A DNA stretch of 64,000 nt from Dehalogenimonas sp. WBC-2 (GCA_001005265.1 CP011392.1:1111902-1175901), one strand, 5' to 3'. Shown: positions 1 to 8,718, counted from the first letter of the stretch. Numbers and translations: made by a program. The notes: generated from the letters alone by a model not told the origin.

Positions 1-496
1 TGCTTGACTGGGCCTCTTCCTTATCATTATGGATCATTAATTCACACTTGATGATTATCTCCCGGGACGCAACATCAGCGAGGTCCGCCAAAGTGCTTTT
101 CAGGCCAAAAAACTTGCGATGGACATCGTCTGCCCAGGTGATCTCTTTTACAAAGTAGCGGTCCAGCGCATAGAGTTCAAGATAGATATTATTCGCGCTG
201 GCAAAAGCGACGGCGCTTTTTAACGTTTCCGGTTGGATCGGCTGGATATATACTGTCTCCCCGCGGCTCATGTCATAGACCAAAGCTCCGTCAAAGAAAA
301 TATGCGCACTGTCAAGCTCCAGTTCCTGAAGTTGTCTGCGGCAGGCATCAATGACCCGGCCGGTGGCAATGGCCACTCTGACCCCGGCGGCCTGCGCCGC
401 CTTGACTGTTGATTTATCAGCATCTGAAATATTCCCACTGGCATCAACTAACGTGCCGTCAAGGTCAATTACCACCAATTCATATTTCCGGCTCAA
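1..496 (-). CDS. HAD-superfamily hydrolase, Cof/HAD-IIB-like (3' end runs off the window)
   Basis: The minus-strand frame is open to the window edge. From TTG at 496 it reads LSRKYELVVIDLDGTLVDASGNISDADKSTVKAAQAAGVRVAIATGRV... This gives HAD motif I (DxDGT) and an ATGR motif. GTG at 505 is an alternative start. Confidence 0.7.
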   Translation of the reverse strand, partial: MSRKYELVVIDLDGTLVDASGNISDADKSTVKAAQAAGVRVAIATGRVIDACRRQLQELELDSAHIFFDGALVYDMSRGETVYIQPIQPETLKSAVAFASANNIYLELYALDRYFVKEITWADDVHRKFFGLKSTLADLADVASREIIIKCELMIHNDKEEAQSS

Positions 497-562
497 GGCA
501 ATCACTCCGTATTAATCTAAAACCAAATCATATCAGAATTGCATTTTTGGGTTTTAGCCATG

Positions 563-591
563 CTGACAGGTGAACTCTATTCAGGTACAAT
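563..591 (+). promoter_or_regulatory. Putative sigma70-type promoter of mutS (CTGACA-17 nt-TACAAT)
   Basis: CTGACA at 563-568, a 17-nt spacer, TACAAT at 586-591. The mutS ATG (598) starts 7 nt after the -10 and has no Shine-Dalgarno sequence. Confidence 0.45.
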
Positions 592-597
592 ACCTGC

Positions 598-3147
598 ATG
601 AGTGACAGCAGCCTCACACCGCTACGCGCCCAATATCTGAACGTCAAGAAACTCTACCCCGACGCCATTGTCTTCTTCCGCCTGGGCGATTTCTATGAGA
701 CTTTCGACACCGACGCGGAATTAACTGCCCGTGAGTTAGAAATCGTACTGACCGGCCGGGAGATGGGCAAAGGTGTGAAAGTGCCCATGGCCGGTATCCC
801 CTATCACGCCGTGGACAACTATCTAGCGCGGCTTATCAACCGCGGTTATAAAGTCGCCATTTGTGAACAAACCAGCCGCACGGGTGATGCCAAAGGCTTG
901 ATGGAAAGAGAAGTAGTCAGACTGGTCACACCGGGCACCGTGATCGAGCCGGGGTTGCTTGACGGCAAACGGAATAACTACCTGGTGGCCTTGGCGCCGG
1001 GGGTCGACGATGTTGGCATTGCATTCATTGACATTACCACCGGTGAATTTGCTGCGGCGCAAATCACTGCCGCACGGCTTGAGGCAGAACTCCACCGCCT
1101 GCACCCCGCTGAGGTCATCCTGCCGGAAAATTCCGGTTATTATCCTAAATTCAAAGCGCCGGTCACCCGGTTGGATAGCCGTGATTTTGATTTGGACTTC
1201 GCCACCGACATACTCAAGGAAACCTTCGGCGTAAGCACACTGGAGGGTTACGGTGTGGCCAACTTAGCGCTGGCTACCGCCGCAGCAGGCGCTATCATCG
1301 CCTATCTCAAAGAGACACACAAAGAGGTTATCAACAACATCAGTCACTTGAGCGCCTATTCGGTTAGCGATTACATGGCGCTGGAAGAAAGCACCGTCAC
1401 CAACCTGGAAGTATTCCAAAACGCCACCACCCGCGCCGTCACCGGTTCATTGCTCGGCATACTTGATGTAACTCGCACACCCATGGGCGCCAGGCTGTTA
1501 CGACGGTGGCTGGGGCAACCACTTTTAAACTTGGAAGCCATAACCGAGCGGCAGAACGCCGTGGAATGGTTATTCCAGAACCACCAGGTACGCTCAGAGA
1601 TAGAGCGATGGCTCAAATCTTTCCCGGATCTGGAACGGTTGGCCAACCGCGTCCGCAGCTTCACTGCCCTGCCGCGGGAAATAATCGCTCTCAAACGTTC
1701 GCTGGAGGCGGTACCGGAGCTGAAACGGGCGCTAAACAACGCAGCGGTAATCAAACTCAAAAACGATCTAAAAGAACAACCGAACATCATCGCTCTTATT
1801 GAGAGCGCCATTGAGTATGAACCATCCGGCCTGGTCGGTGAAGGCGGTGTCATTCGCGCCGGATTTTCTGCCCAACTGGATGAACTCCGCAGCCTGGCCT
1901 CCGGGGCCAAAAGCCATATCGCCAGGCTTGAATCACAGGAGCGGGCCAGCACCGGCATCAAGAACCTCAAGGTAGGTTACAATCAGGTTTTCGGTTACTA
2001 TCTGGAAGTATCTGCCGCCAATCTGACCCAAACGCCGGAGCGTTTCATCCGCAAACAGACCCTGGCCAACGCTGAACGCTACATTACACCGGAGCTTAAA
2101 GAGTATGAAGCCCAGATACTCACGTCCCGTGAGCGCCTGTCGGAAATGGAAACGGCGCTCTACCGCAGGGTGTTGGGTCAGGTCGGTGAATCCGCCGATG
2201 CCCTGCTGCTGCTGGCTGACGCGGTAGCGCGCCTGGACACGCTCAACTCCTTTGCTTCAGTCGCCAATGCTAATCGTTATGTCAAGCCGTCTATCAATGA
2301 TGGTATCGGCACACATATAATTCAAGGGCGGCATCCGGTCGTTGAAGCTAATTTACCATTAGGACAGTTCATCGCCAATGATACTATCCTCTCCCCTTCT
2401 GCAGGTCAGTTAATCATCCTCACCGGCCCAAATATGGCTGGGAAATCAACCTATTTAAAGCAGACAGCCATCATCACCCTCATGGCTCAGACCGGCTCCT
2501 TTGTGCCGGCCGCCAGCGCTGAGATCGGCCTGTGTGACCGCATCTTCACCCGCATCGGCGCCCATGAAGACCTGGCAGCCGGGAAATCCACTTTTATGGT
2601 TGAGATGGTAGAAACGGCCAACATCCTGACCAACGCCACTTCCAAAAGCCTGCTGATCCTTGATGAGATAGGCCGCGGCACCTCCACTTATGACGGTCTG
2701 GCCATCGCCCGAGCCGTGGTGGAGTACATCCATGACCATCTGAACGCCAGAACATTATTCGCCACCCATTATCATGAACTGGTAAACATGGCTGACAGCC
2801 TGTCCGGGGTGCGTAACTGCAATGTGGCGGTGTCGGAGGACAAAGGCGAGGTGGTATTCCTGCATAAAATCGTGCCCGGCGGCGTAGACAAGAGCTACGG
2901 CATCCACGTAGCTAAACTGGCCGGGCTGCCCAAACCGGTCATCAAACGGGCCAGCGAGGTGCTTTTAGAACTTGAATCGGTCAAAGATAAAACAGCGGCC
3001 AAAAAACCCGCCCCGACACCGCAACTGTCCCTATTCCAGCCTCCGCCGCCTCAGGTGGTCAGCGAGTTATTGAAACTAGATATAGATTCGCTTACCCCAC
3101 GGCAGGCGCTGGAGATGTTATACCAGCTAAAGGGGCAGATACAGTAA
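598..3147 (+). CDS. mutS: DNA mismatch repair protein MutS
   Basis: 849 aa. N-terminal mismatch-binding GDFYETF, Walker A GPNMAGKSTYLKQ, Walker B/DEIGRGTSTYDG, and a C-terminal QLSLF beta-clamp-binding-like motif. Confidence 0.97.
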   Translation: MSDSSLTPLRAQYLNVKKLYPDAIVFFRLGDFYETFDTDAELTARELEIVLTGREMGKGVKVPMAGIPYHAVDNYLARLINRGYKVAICEQTSRTGDAKGLMEREVVRLVTPGTVIEPGLLDGKRNNYLVALAPGVDDVGIAFIDITTGEFAAAQITAARLEAELHRLHPAEVILPENSGYYPKFKAPVTRLDSRDFDLDFATDILKETFGVSTLEGYGVANLALATAAAGAIIAYLKETHKEVINNISHLSAYSVSDYMALEESTVTNLEVFQNATTRAVTGSLLGILDVTRTPMGARLLRRWLGQPLLNLEAITERQNAVEWLFQNHQVRSEIERWLKSFPDLERLANRVRSFTALPREIIALKRSLEAVPELKRALNNAAVIKLKNDLKEQPNIIALIESAIEYEPSGLVGEGGVIRAGFSAQLDELRSLASGAKSHIARLESQERASTGIKNLKVGYNQVFGYYLEVSAANLTQTPERFIRKQTLANAERYITPELKEYEAQILTSRERLSEMETALYRRVLGQVGESADALLLLADAVARLDTLNSFASVANANRYVKPSINDGIGTHIIQGRHPVVEANLPLGQFIANDTILSPSAGQLIILTGPNMAGKSTYLKQTAIITLMAQTGSFVPAASAEIGLCDRIFTRIGAHEDLAAGKSTFMVEMVETANILTNATSKSLLILDEIGRGTSTYDGLAIARAVVEYIHDHLNARTLFATHYHELVNMADSLSGVRNCNVAVSEDKGEVVFLHKIVPGGVDKSYGIHVAKLAGLPKPVIKRASEVLLELESVKDKTAAKKPAPTPQLSLFQPPPPQVVSELLKLDIDSLTPRQALEMLYQLKGQIQ

Positions 3148-3262
3148 GGGGCTTTTCGACCCCTAAATAGCCGTTCGTTCCAGGCATGCGGAGTGGCAAT
3201 GCTTCAAGTCTCTCCATTGTCATCCTACGCAAAAGCGAAGGATCCACGTTCCCACGTATCCA

Positions 3263-3550
3263 CCCCCCGTCATTGCGAGGCGACGCCGCCTGTCCAGCCT
3301 GCCCCGAGTTAGCACTCGGGGAGCGAAGCGTGGGGAAGCAATCCCGGTCCTCTATTAGACATTTGAATTGGTATTATTTGAATATTGGCATTCTCTTAAC
3401 AATGCGTTCGCCCTGTTTATCCCGAGTTTGCACTCGGGGAGCCTGTCGAATAATCCGTTAACAATACGTTCGCTCTGAGCTTGTCGAAGAGTCATCCGCT
3501 TTAATGGTGCCCCCCGTCATTGCGGGGTTACTACCGAAGCAATCTCGGTA
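3263..3550. repeat. Cluster of REP-like intergenic repeat units (gtcattgcg...gaagcaatc units and CCCGAGT-loop-ACTCGGG hairpins)
   Basis: Units at 3263-3347, 3401-3500 and 3509-3550. Hairpins CCCCGAGTtagcACTCGGGG (3302-3321) and CCCGAGTttgcACTCGGG (3421-3438). Related copies at 29465-29607, 29782-29846, 46500-46634 and 50089-50143. Confidence 0.8.
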
Positions 3551-3554
3551 TAAA

Positions 3555-3740
3555 TTACGCTACGTTACTCCGGTTCTCCATATCTTTCACCTTTTGTTTG
3601 AGACCATCTAATTCGTCTTTCATTCCCTTTTCTCGCCTTTTCTGATAAGCCCGTATCAGAAAAAAGACCAGTACCACCGGAAAGATGAACAGCAGGACAT
3701 TTAAAACTATGATAAAAAATTCCAAAGGGCCGAAATGCAT
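3555..3740 (-). CDS. Small membrane-anchored protein with charged coiled C-terminus (unknown function)
   Basis: 61 aa. One hydrophobic helix (FFIIVLNVLLFIFPVVLVFFLI) followed by a KRREKGMKDELDGLKQKVKDMEN tail. Promoter cassette P1 lies directly upstream. Confidence 0.55.
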   Translation of the reverse strand: MHFGPLEFFIIVLNVLLFIFPVVLVFFLIRAYQKRREKGMKDELDGLKQKVKDMENRSNVA

Positions 3741-3775
3741 ATCTGTACTCCCTTCAACCGGTATCCAGTACCAGG

Positions 3776-3810
3776 ATTATATCCCCCCCAACATGAAGAA
3801 AAAGTGAATT
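3776..3810 (-). promoter_or_regulatory. Promoter cassette P1: direct repeats TTCAC-N6-TTCAT, then GTTGGGGGGGA, then TATAAT (read on the minus strand)
   Basis: Plus-strand gtgaa at 3804-3808 and atgaa at 3793-3797 (11-bp period). The -10 is attata at 3776-3781. Homologous to P2, P3 and P4. Confidence 0.6.
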
Positions 3811-3972
3811 GAGGTAAAACCTTAAAACCCATTGCTTGAGCACCGCAGCTTTCTCCCCTCCCCCTCCATCCACCCCGCGCGGACTATCACCACCGCCGCT
3901 ATCAGCAGGACAATTCCGACGTATTTCCTGATTAAAGCGCTTTTCATCTCACCCATGATCTGTGGTGTCCAT

Positions 3973-5070
3973 TCATGGTACCGGTATTCCTGCATAGACC
4001 GTGCCGTCAGCGGTTATGGTATAGGCAAATTTGGTATCCCGCACCAGGTACATTCCAGGGTCGTTAACGCCTCCCGTCTTCCCTCCCACTGGTATAATCT
4101 CGTTGTCATAAGCCACCACCGTGCCGTTGCCTTCAATCAGCGCCACCGTCACCGCCACTTTCACGTTATGCAATTCTGCCTGAAGTTCATCCATGTTAGG
4201 TTCCGTCGGCGGTGGTGGATTAGCCGGATCGGGGATACTGTCCGTAACGTCAATTGCCGCCAGCGCCTCGTCTGGCAGGGTGATACTTACCGGCTGGTTA
4301 ATACTGGTGTAGGTGATTGAAGTGACCTGTGTCTGACTCATGTCCCCGCTGACAAAAACGAGTGATGTATCCATCCTGGCTGGAAGATAATTTTCAGTGT
4401 TCACCCAGATGGTGACCTGTACCTGTTCCGGCTTGGGCTGGTTCGGGTCTGCCATCATGTCGGCTACTTCCTCAGCGGAACCGCCCAGGTATTCCAGTAT
4501 TTTTTCTGTGCTTGGCGTCACCTTGATTTTATAGGCCTGATTGCCGTTGACCGTTTCGGTACCCTGCAGTTCTACCGCCGCCCCTTCCGTCAGTACCGGA
4601 ATTTGGCCGGAAGTGTTATAAGAGTACCAGACCTGATCCCTCTGTTCGGCGGACAGAACCAATTTTTCCCAGACTCCGGATTCATTTCCCAGGTCGGACC
4701 GGTCTACCTTGGTGTATATAATGCCGTCAATCATAAATGTGCGTCCCTGCAAATTGCCGTGGCTGGTTTCACTTGTTATGTCCATGAACAGCTTTTTACC
4801 GGGGGCATCTATAGTCATGGCGTAGGTTGTGACCATATGTTGACCGTCCATACCGCCGCCGGACAGGGTCGCTGTCATGTCATAAGTAACCTCATAAGTC
4901 TTTATTCCGGCGGCTGCGGTTACAAGTGATGCCATAATCTCATCAACGGAGATATTGTTAGACACGTCAGTGGGTGATGGGTCAGCTTCTACCTCAGCGC
5001 AGCCGCTTAGCAGCCCGGCCGTCACAATCAGAGCCGGTACTGTTCCGGCCATTACCTTATTCCATTTCAT
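3973..5070 (-). CDS. Lipoprotein, possibly LolA-like fold, with Pro-rich linker and C-terminal beta domain (function unknown)
   Basis: 365 aa. Signal peptide plus lipobox LLSGC. PANPPPPTEP linker. Promoter cassette P2 lies upstream. The fold assignment is a guess from the sequence pattern only. Confidence 0.6.
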   Translation of the reverse strand: MKWNKVMAGTVPALIVTAGLLSGCAEVEADPSPTDVSNNISVDEIMASLVTAAAGIKTYEVTYDMTATLSGGGMDGQHMVTTYAMTIDAPGKKLFMDITSETSHGNLQGRTFMIDGIIYTKVDRSDLGNESGVWEKLVLSAEQRDQVWYSYNTSGQIPVLTEGAAVELQGTETVNGNQAYKIKVTPSTEKILEYLGGSAEEVADMMADPNQPKPEQVQVTIWVNTENYLPARMDTSLVFVSGDMSQTQVTSITYTSINQPVSITLPDEALAAIDVTDSIPDPANPPPPTEPNMDELQAELHNVKVAVTVALIEGNGTVVAYDNEIIPVGGKTGGVNDPGMYLVRDTKFAYTITADGTVYAGIPVP

Positions 5071-5107
5071 AGCCTGCCTCCACCTTTGGGATTCACTATT
5101 TTCCTGA

Positions 5108-5150
5108 ATTATACCACCCCAACATGAACGGGAGATGAAGAAAGAGTGAA
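5108..5150 (-). promoter_or_regulatory. Promoter cassette P2: three direct repeats (TTCAC, TTCAT, TTCAT at 11-bp period) followed by TGGTATAAT
   Basis: Plus-strand gtgaa at 5146-5150, atgaa at 5135-5139 and atgaa at 5124-5128. The -10 is attata at 5108-5113 with an extended TG. Confidence 0.6.
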
Positions 5151-5359
5151 TTTGGATAAATTTTTAAAACCCCTTGTTGGAGCACCGCAGTTCCTACATT
5201 CACTCAAGTGCCGAACCGCCACGACCAAAGAAACAATTATAATGTAACCAGCAAAATAACTATGCTGTATAGATACAGCATTCAGACTCTCCTATGGGTA
5301 ATCGTTCCCATGGCGCTTTCTCACCTTTTCCCGTGATCTTGAACGGTATACCTACCTGC

Positions 5360-5587
5360 TTATCGGCTATTCGATAACCGCTTTATCCCCGCGTAAATTA
5401 AAAGAATGACGCCGATAAGCACAAATGTAAAATTGGTACTAACAAGAACGTTTAACGACGTTGATAAAACTTCAATCACAAGGGGCGTGGTGATCAAGGT
5501 TACGGCAATGACAATTATTTGTTCTAGGTTTGTATTAAATCCTGCGTATTTGATACTATCGCTCTTCTGACTAGTGTCTTTTCCCAT
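5360..5587 (-). CDS. Small membrane protein (2 predicted TM helices), unknown function
   Basis: 75 aa with two hydrophobic stretches. Lies in an AT-rich patch. Confidence 0.4.
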   Translation of the reverse strand: MGKDTSQKSDSIKYAGFNTNLEQIIVIAVTLITTPLVIEVLSTSLNVLVSTNFTFVLIGVILLIYAGIKRLSNSR

Positions 5588-5660
5588 GATAATCTCTCTT
5601 CCTATTTTGTTTTCGCTAGTTTTGCGGTGTTAATAATAAACTATGATCTGACTTAAATGA

Positions 5661-5698
5661 AGACTGAGGGAGCGGTAAACATACCGCTCCCTCAGTCT
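5661..5698 (-). terminator. Stem-loop downstream of the 5704..6507 gene
   Basis: Perfect 16-bp stem AGACTGAGGGAGCGGT / ACCGCTCCCTCAGTCT with a 6-nt loop, 5 nt after the stop codon. The U-tract is weak. Confidence 0.5.
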
Positions 5699-5703
5699 GG
5701 GGG

Positions 5704-6507
5704 TTACTGCCAATCTATCTGGATACTCGTCCACATTGTATAGTCTGGAGACCAAGAATGAACCGCCGATCCAGCAGCAAAAAGAGGAGATGATGCTTGA
5801 CCGTAAGTCTTGACTCTTACTTGGTAAGTTGACCCGGGAGTGAGATATGCTCCAATGGCTTCATAAAAATATCCGCCATAATCAGACCATTCCTGATTAG
5901 TGGTTATATTATACGGCGTGTTAGTGTTTAGATGATACCATTGGCCACCTGAATATTCGTACAAAGACACCGTCACTGTGTATGTGGCAGACGAATTGAC
6001 GCCACCAATTATATCAGCCCAAGTGAAGCCGTTATACCTTACGTATGCATATTGTGATCCACCTGATCCAGATACAGTGAAGGTCTCGCCGGTATATGCC
6101 CATGCGTATGCTTCACCTGAGGTGAAAAAACCACCTACCATATCGATTTTATTTCTGTTAAAATCAATATCAGCTTGATAGGCAAGATCAAACAAACCGA
6201 TTTTTTCGCCATAAGCATCACCAATGGTTGCTACATATATCGTACGATCAACTCCTTTCTCAATCGAGACTGAACGCGTCCCGGCACCAGAACTATCTTT
6301 CAATGTCGCAGCATAGCTGGCGTCACTTGCTTTTTTCCCCCAAGTCTCTGAGATTAGTAGGGCGATATCAGCATCAACAGTTTTTGCTTCTTTCTCAGAT
6401 ATTTTTGTAAAGAAAACAAGGATGCTATGGAGTGTATCTATGTCCATTGAGAGGATTTCGTCTTTGCTAAGTTGGTTGATCTTGGAGGTTAGGTTATATA
6501 TTACCAT
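5704..6507 (-). CDS. Hypothetical protein, Y/W/G/T-rich beta-type C-terminal half, no signal peptide
   Basis: 267-aa ORF in an AT-rich patch. It starts 6 nt after the stop of the 83-aa membrane ORF. I recognise no family. Confidence 0.55.
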   Translation of the reverse strand: MVIYNLTSKINQLSKDEILSMDIDTLHSILVFFTKISEKEAKTVDADIALLISETWGKKASDASYAATLKDSSGAGTRSVSIEKGVDRTIYVATIGDAYGEKIGLFDLAYQADIDFNRNKIDMVGGFFTSGEAYAWAYTGETFTVSGSGGSQYAYVRYNGFTWADIIGGVNSSATYTVTVSLYEYSGGQWYHLNTNTPYNITTNQEWSDYGGYFYEAIGAYLTPGSTYQVRVKTYGQASSPLFAAGSAVHSWSPDYTMWTSIQIDWQ

Positions 6508-6513
6508 TAGAAC

Positions 6514-6765
6514 CTATTTCTTATTCCCGCTTATCTTCATCTGTTTGCCGTTAAATACCCTCACCATAGAAAATATAAACATAGTGATTCCCAGCGGAAA
6601 TAAATATGAGCCGAAACTTAGCGGTCCCAGGAACGAGATGCCGGTTATGACCACTCCTATGATAGCAATGGTCAACCATGGTGCCTTGTTTCTGGTTTTG
6701 ATACTGGCAAGTACCCAAAACAAAAGGGCAATAAGTACGCCAGTTATAACTAAGTACAACAACAT
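6514..6765 (-). CDS. Small integral membrane protein (about 3 TM helices), unknown function
   Basis: 83 aa, strongly hydrophobic. Tightly linked to the 5704..6507 gene. Confidence 0.45.
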   Translation of the reverse strand: MLLYLVITGVLIALLFWVLASIKTRNKAPWLTIAIIGVVITGISFLGPLSFGSYLFPLGITMFIFSMVRVFNGKQMKISGNKK

Positions 6766-6938
6766 TTTATCTAACTCCTGTCTATCTTAAATATTTTTAT
6801 CTTAATGAATAGCACCAGTGATGGACTTGCTACTCACAAATGACTCAGTGAAATCCAGTTTCTAAAACTATTCTATGCATTTCTATTTAAGTATTTCATA
6901 TTTTGATTCATTCTAATACGGAAGATAGTAATATATCA

Positions 6939-6975
6939 GGATGGTGGAAGTAATAATCTTTCACTTCCACCATCC
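6939..6975 (-). terminator. Stem-loop downstream of the 6991..7821 gene
   Basis: 13-bp stem GGATGGTGGAAGT / ACTTCCACCATCC with an 11-nt loop, 15 nt after the stop codon. Confidence 0.5.
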
Positions 6976-6990
6976 CTCTGATTGAAAAAC

Positions 6991-7821
6991 TTACGCTAGT
7001 TCCCGATATCCATTAGCGTCTATCCATCCGCCTTGCACTAGTGTACCACTAAAATCGGACCAGTAATTCCAACCACCTGGCCAAGCGTTAACTTGTATTT
7101 TTTGCCAGTGGTTGTAATAGAGGTAACCACCTTCTCCAGGTGATGCAAAAGTAGCATCACAATTAATATGAACATCCCCATCAGAACCATTGGGATCCCA
7201 TCCACTGCCTAATGAGTACCTTTGCCACCAAGGAAAAACAGGATTAATCCATCCGTCATAAAACCAATCGCTTCCACCCCAGACATAACTGCCGTCATCA
7301 TAATAGTTCATTCCTGCTTTAACAGTAGTTATATCCCAAGAAACGACATCATTGTAGTCTTGTTCCGCATACATATGATAATGAATCGTGGAATCTAACA
7401 TACTATTCAAACGAGCAGCGTTTGCTAGATTAGGTTGTTCTAGTTTAGGTTCTTTGAGATCATAGGCTTTTGTTTGATCAGGGATTGGAGCATTGTCATA
7501 AGTGATTTGATCAACAATTAGTTCTCCATTGTCATTTACCTTTAATCTAACACTGGAGTGGCTAGCAGCGTCTGTTCCTGGAACAATGATACGAACATAT
7601 GGGAAATATACTCCTTCTTCACCTCCGTCCATCGTAACTATTTCTCCTGTTGCCACTACAGAACCGATGGTAACAGCTTTTTGCATACCGTCAACAATGA
7701 TGAAGATATGATTTGTATCCGGGGATTTTTCATCCGCCGCCGCCACACCGCCCCCACCCATCATCCCCACCAGGAGACTCAGTGACATGAAAACCATTAG
7801 AAACCGTTTCTTGAGCTTCAT
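6991..7821 (-). CDS. Secreted W/Y/G/D-rich protein of unknown function
   Basis: Start chosen at MKLKKRFLMVFMSLSLLVGMMGGGGVAAA (signal peptide), preceded by AAGGAAAG. The longer ORF to 7875 is rejected because the paralogous leader at 12755-12837 differs by indels that are not multiples of 3. Confidence 0.6.
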   Translation of the reverse strand: MKLKKRFLMVFMSLSLLVGMMGGGGVAAADEKSPDTNHIFIIVDGMQKAVTIGSVVATGEIVTMDGGEEGVYFPYVRIIVPGTDAASHSSVRLKVNDNGELIVDQITYDNAPIPDQTKAYDLKEPKLEQPNLANAARLNSMLDSTIHYHMYAEQDYNDVVSWDITTVKAGMNYYDDGSYVWGGSDWFYDGWINPVFPWWQRYSLGSGWDPNGSDGDVHINCDATFASPGEGGYLYYNHWQKIQVNAWPGGWNYWSDFSGTLVQGGWIDANGYRELA

Positions 7822-7938
7822 GGTATTGCTTTCCTTTCGTTTATTTAATGCCATTGGTTGCCAATTGAAACCCATTACACATTCATTGGAGTCCTCGCTT
7901 TTGCCTGTCGTGTATCGGTTATAGGCTGGTTATTCCCT

Positions 7939-8499
7939 CTATGCCCAAATTGACGACGCCCGGTCATTCCACCCCTGGAAGGTGAGCATAGTCCATGAGG
8001 AACCTGGCGGCATGTAGAAAGAGGAACCGCCGTAGTTTTCATAGTCATAAAGCGTGACGCCGCGGCTGTCACATATTTTGGCGGATGAAATGACGTTGTT
8101 AAACGTGCCCAGGTAATCCAATTCAGTACCGGGAGAAACGATCAGAGGCTCGCCTCCCACATAAAACACATCGACATAAAATTTGGAGGAGGTCAAACCG
8201 GTTGAGGTGATAACAACATTATCCAACGGGTCAAAGACGGGCCCGTACTCACTCTCCACAAAGGCTTCGAGCGCCTTCGCCGTGGTGAAGGCGTAGAGTG
8301 TCCCACTTTTATCCACGGTGAACCGTAGCCGCTGCCCGTCGAAAAGGTTGATCTCTTCAGACTCATACCTGACGCCGTCTATGATGACCGGGTGCATCGG
8401 TGCCACGTGTACAATAGCCGCCTTCAGCCTCGGCGGACATGGGGTACATGGCCTCAACCCCAGATGGTCTGAGGGGCTGTACTTTGGTATCATTGACAT
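7939..8499 (-). CDS. Beta/gamma-crystallin domain protein (probably missing its signal peptide because of a frameshift)
   Basis: The C-terminus has two Greek-key signatures: YVDVFYVGG...FNNVISS and YDYENYGG...WNDRASS (Y/FxxxxY/FxG ... N/D-x-x-SS). The 5' end overlaps the signal-peptide ORF 8363..8623 in another frame. Confidence 0.6.
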   Translation of the reverse strand: MSMIPKYSPSDHLGLRPCTPCPPRLKAAIVHVAPMHPVIIDGVRYESEEINLFDGQRLRFTVDKSGTLYAFTTAKALEAFVESEYGPVFDPLDNVVITSTGLTSSKFYVDVFYVGGEPLIVSPGTELDYLGTFNNVISSAKICDSRGVTLYDYENYGGSSFYMPPGSSWTMLTFQGWNDRASSIWA

Positions 8500-8623
8500 G
8501 TGAGTCCTTTTGGGTGTAATTTTCTGGCAAGGTAGCGGCAGAGGTGATACTGGATGCGGGAATTGCCAGTAAAATTGCGGCGCACAAACTCAAGAGCAGT
8601 TTCTTCATTTCTAATACCTCCAT
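8363..8623 (-). other. Signal-peptide-encoding 5' ORF fragment, likely the displaced N-terminus of the 7939..8499 gene
   Basis: MKKLLLSLCAAILLAIPASSITSAA is a clear Sec signal. The tail of this frame (AEAEGGYCTRGTDAPGHHRRRQV) looks non-native. Confidence 0.4.
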
Positions 8624-8647
8624 CGGTTATCTTTTATCACCGTGAAT

Positions 8648-8679
8648 AGCATAGCACCCCAAGATGACCGGGAGATGAC
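8648..8679 (-). promoter_or_regulatory. Promoter cassette P3: GGTCATCTCCCGGTCAT direct repeats followed by TGCTATGCT
   Basis: Plus-strand atgac at 8675-8679 and 8664-8668 (11-bp period). The -10 is agcata at 8648-8653. Lies in the 95-bp divergent region between the secreted-protein ORF and the response regulator gene. Confidence 0.6.
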
Positions 8680-8718
8680 CAACCCAAAGCTGGACTTAGG
8701 GTAAACTAAGGTACTGGT

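Noticed and set aside
1371-1970. Long antisense or out-of-frame ORFs inside well-supported genes. Examples: 1371..1970 in mutS, 9920..10555 and 10059..10658 in the kinase, 20488..20970 in dnaN, 31489..32115 and 31587..32066 in cbiZ, 35645..36178 and 36335..36832 in pcrA, 40586..41038 in pyrC, 61853..62305 in the hydrogenase.
   Set aside because: They overlap genes with clear family motifs on the other strand or frame. Their translations are low-complexity Arg/Ser/Pro/Ala-rich strings typical of shadow ORFs in moderately GC-rich coding DNA.
3186-3461. ORFs 3186..3461, 12959..13174, 12961..13197, 13008..13256, 13253..13459 and 46192..46422 in the long intergenic regions.
   Set aside because: They are read straight through the palindromic repeat units. 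The same peptide-like strings recur wherever the repeats recur, and there are no ribosome-binding sites. They are artefacts of the repeats.
3832-4320. 162-aa plus-strand ORF starting at the ttgcttgagcaccgcag element.
   Set aside because: It is antisense to the 3' half of the lipoprotein gene 3973..5070, has an implausible composition, and has no ribosome-binding site.
7822-7875. N-terminal extensions of the two exoprotein genes: MGFNWQPMALNKRKESNT (to 7875) and MLQLAANGIKINEGKAK (to 12805).
   Set aside because: The two homologous leaders differ by indels that are not multiples of 3, so the extension frame is not conserved. A good ribosome-binding site and a canonical signal peptide begin at the internal Met.
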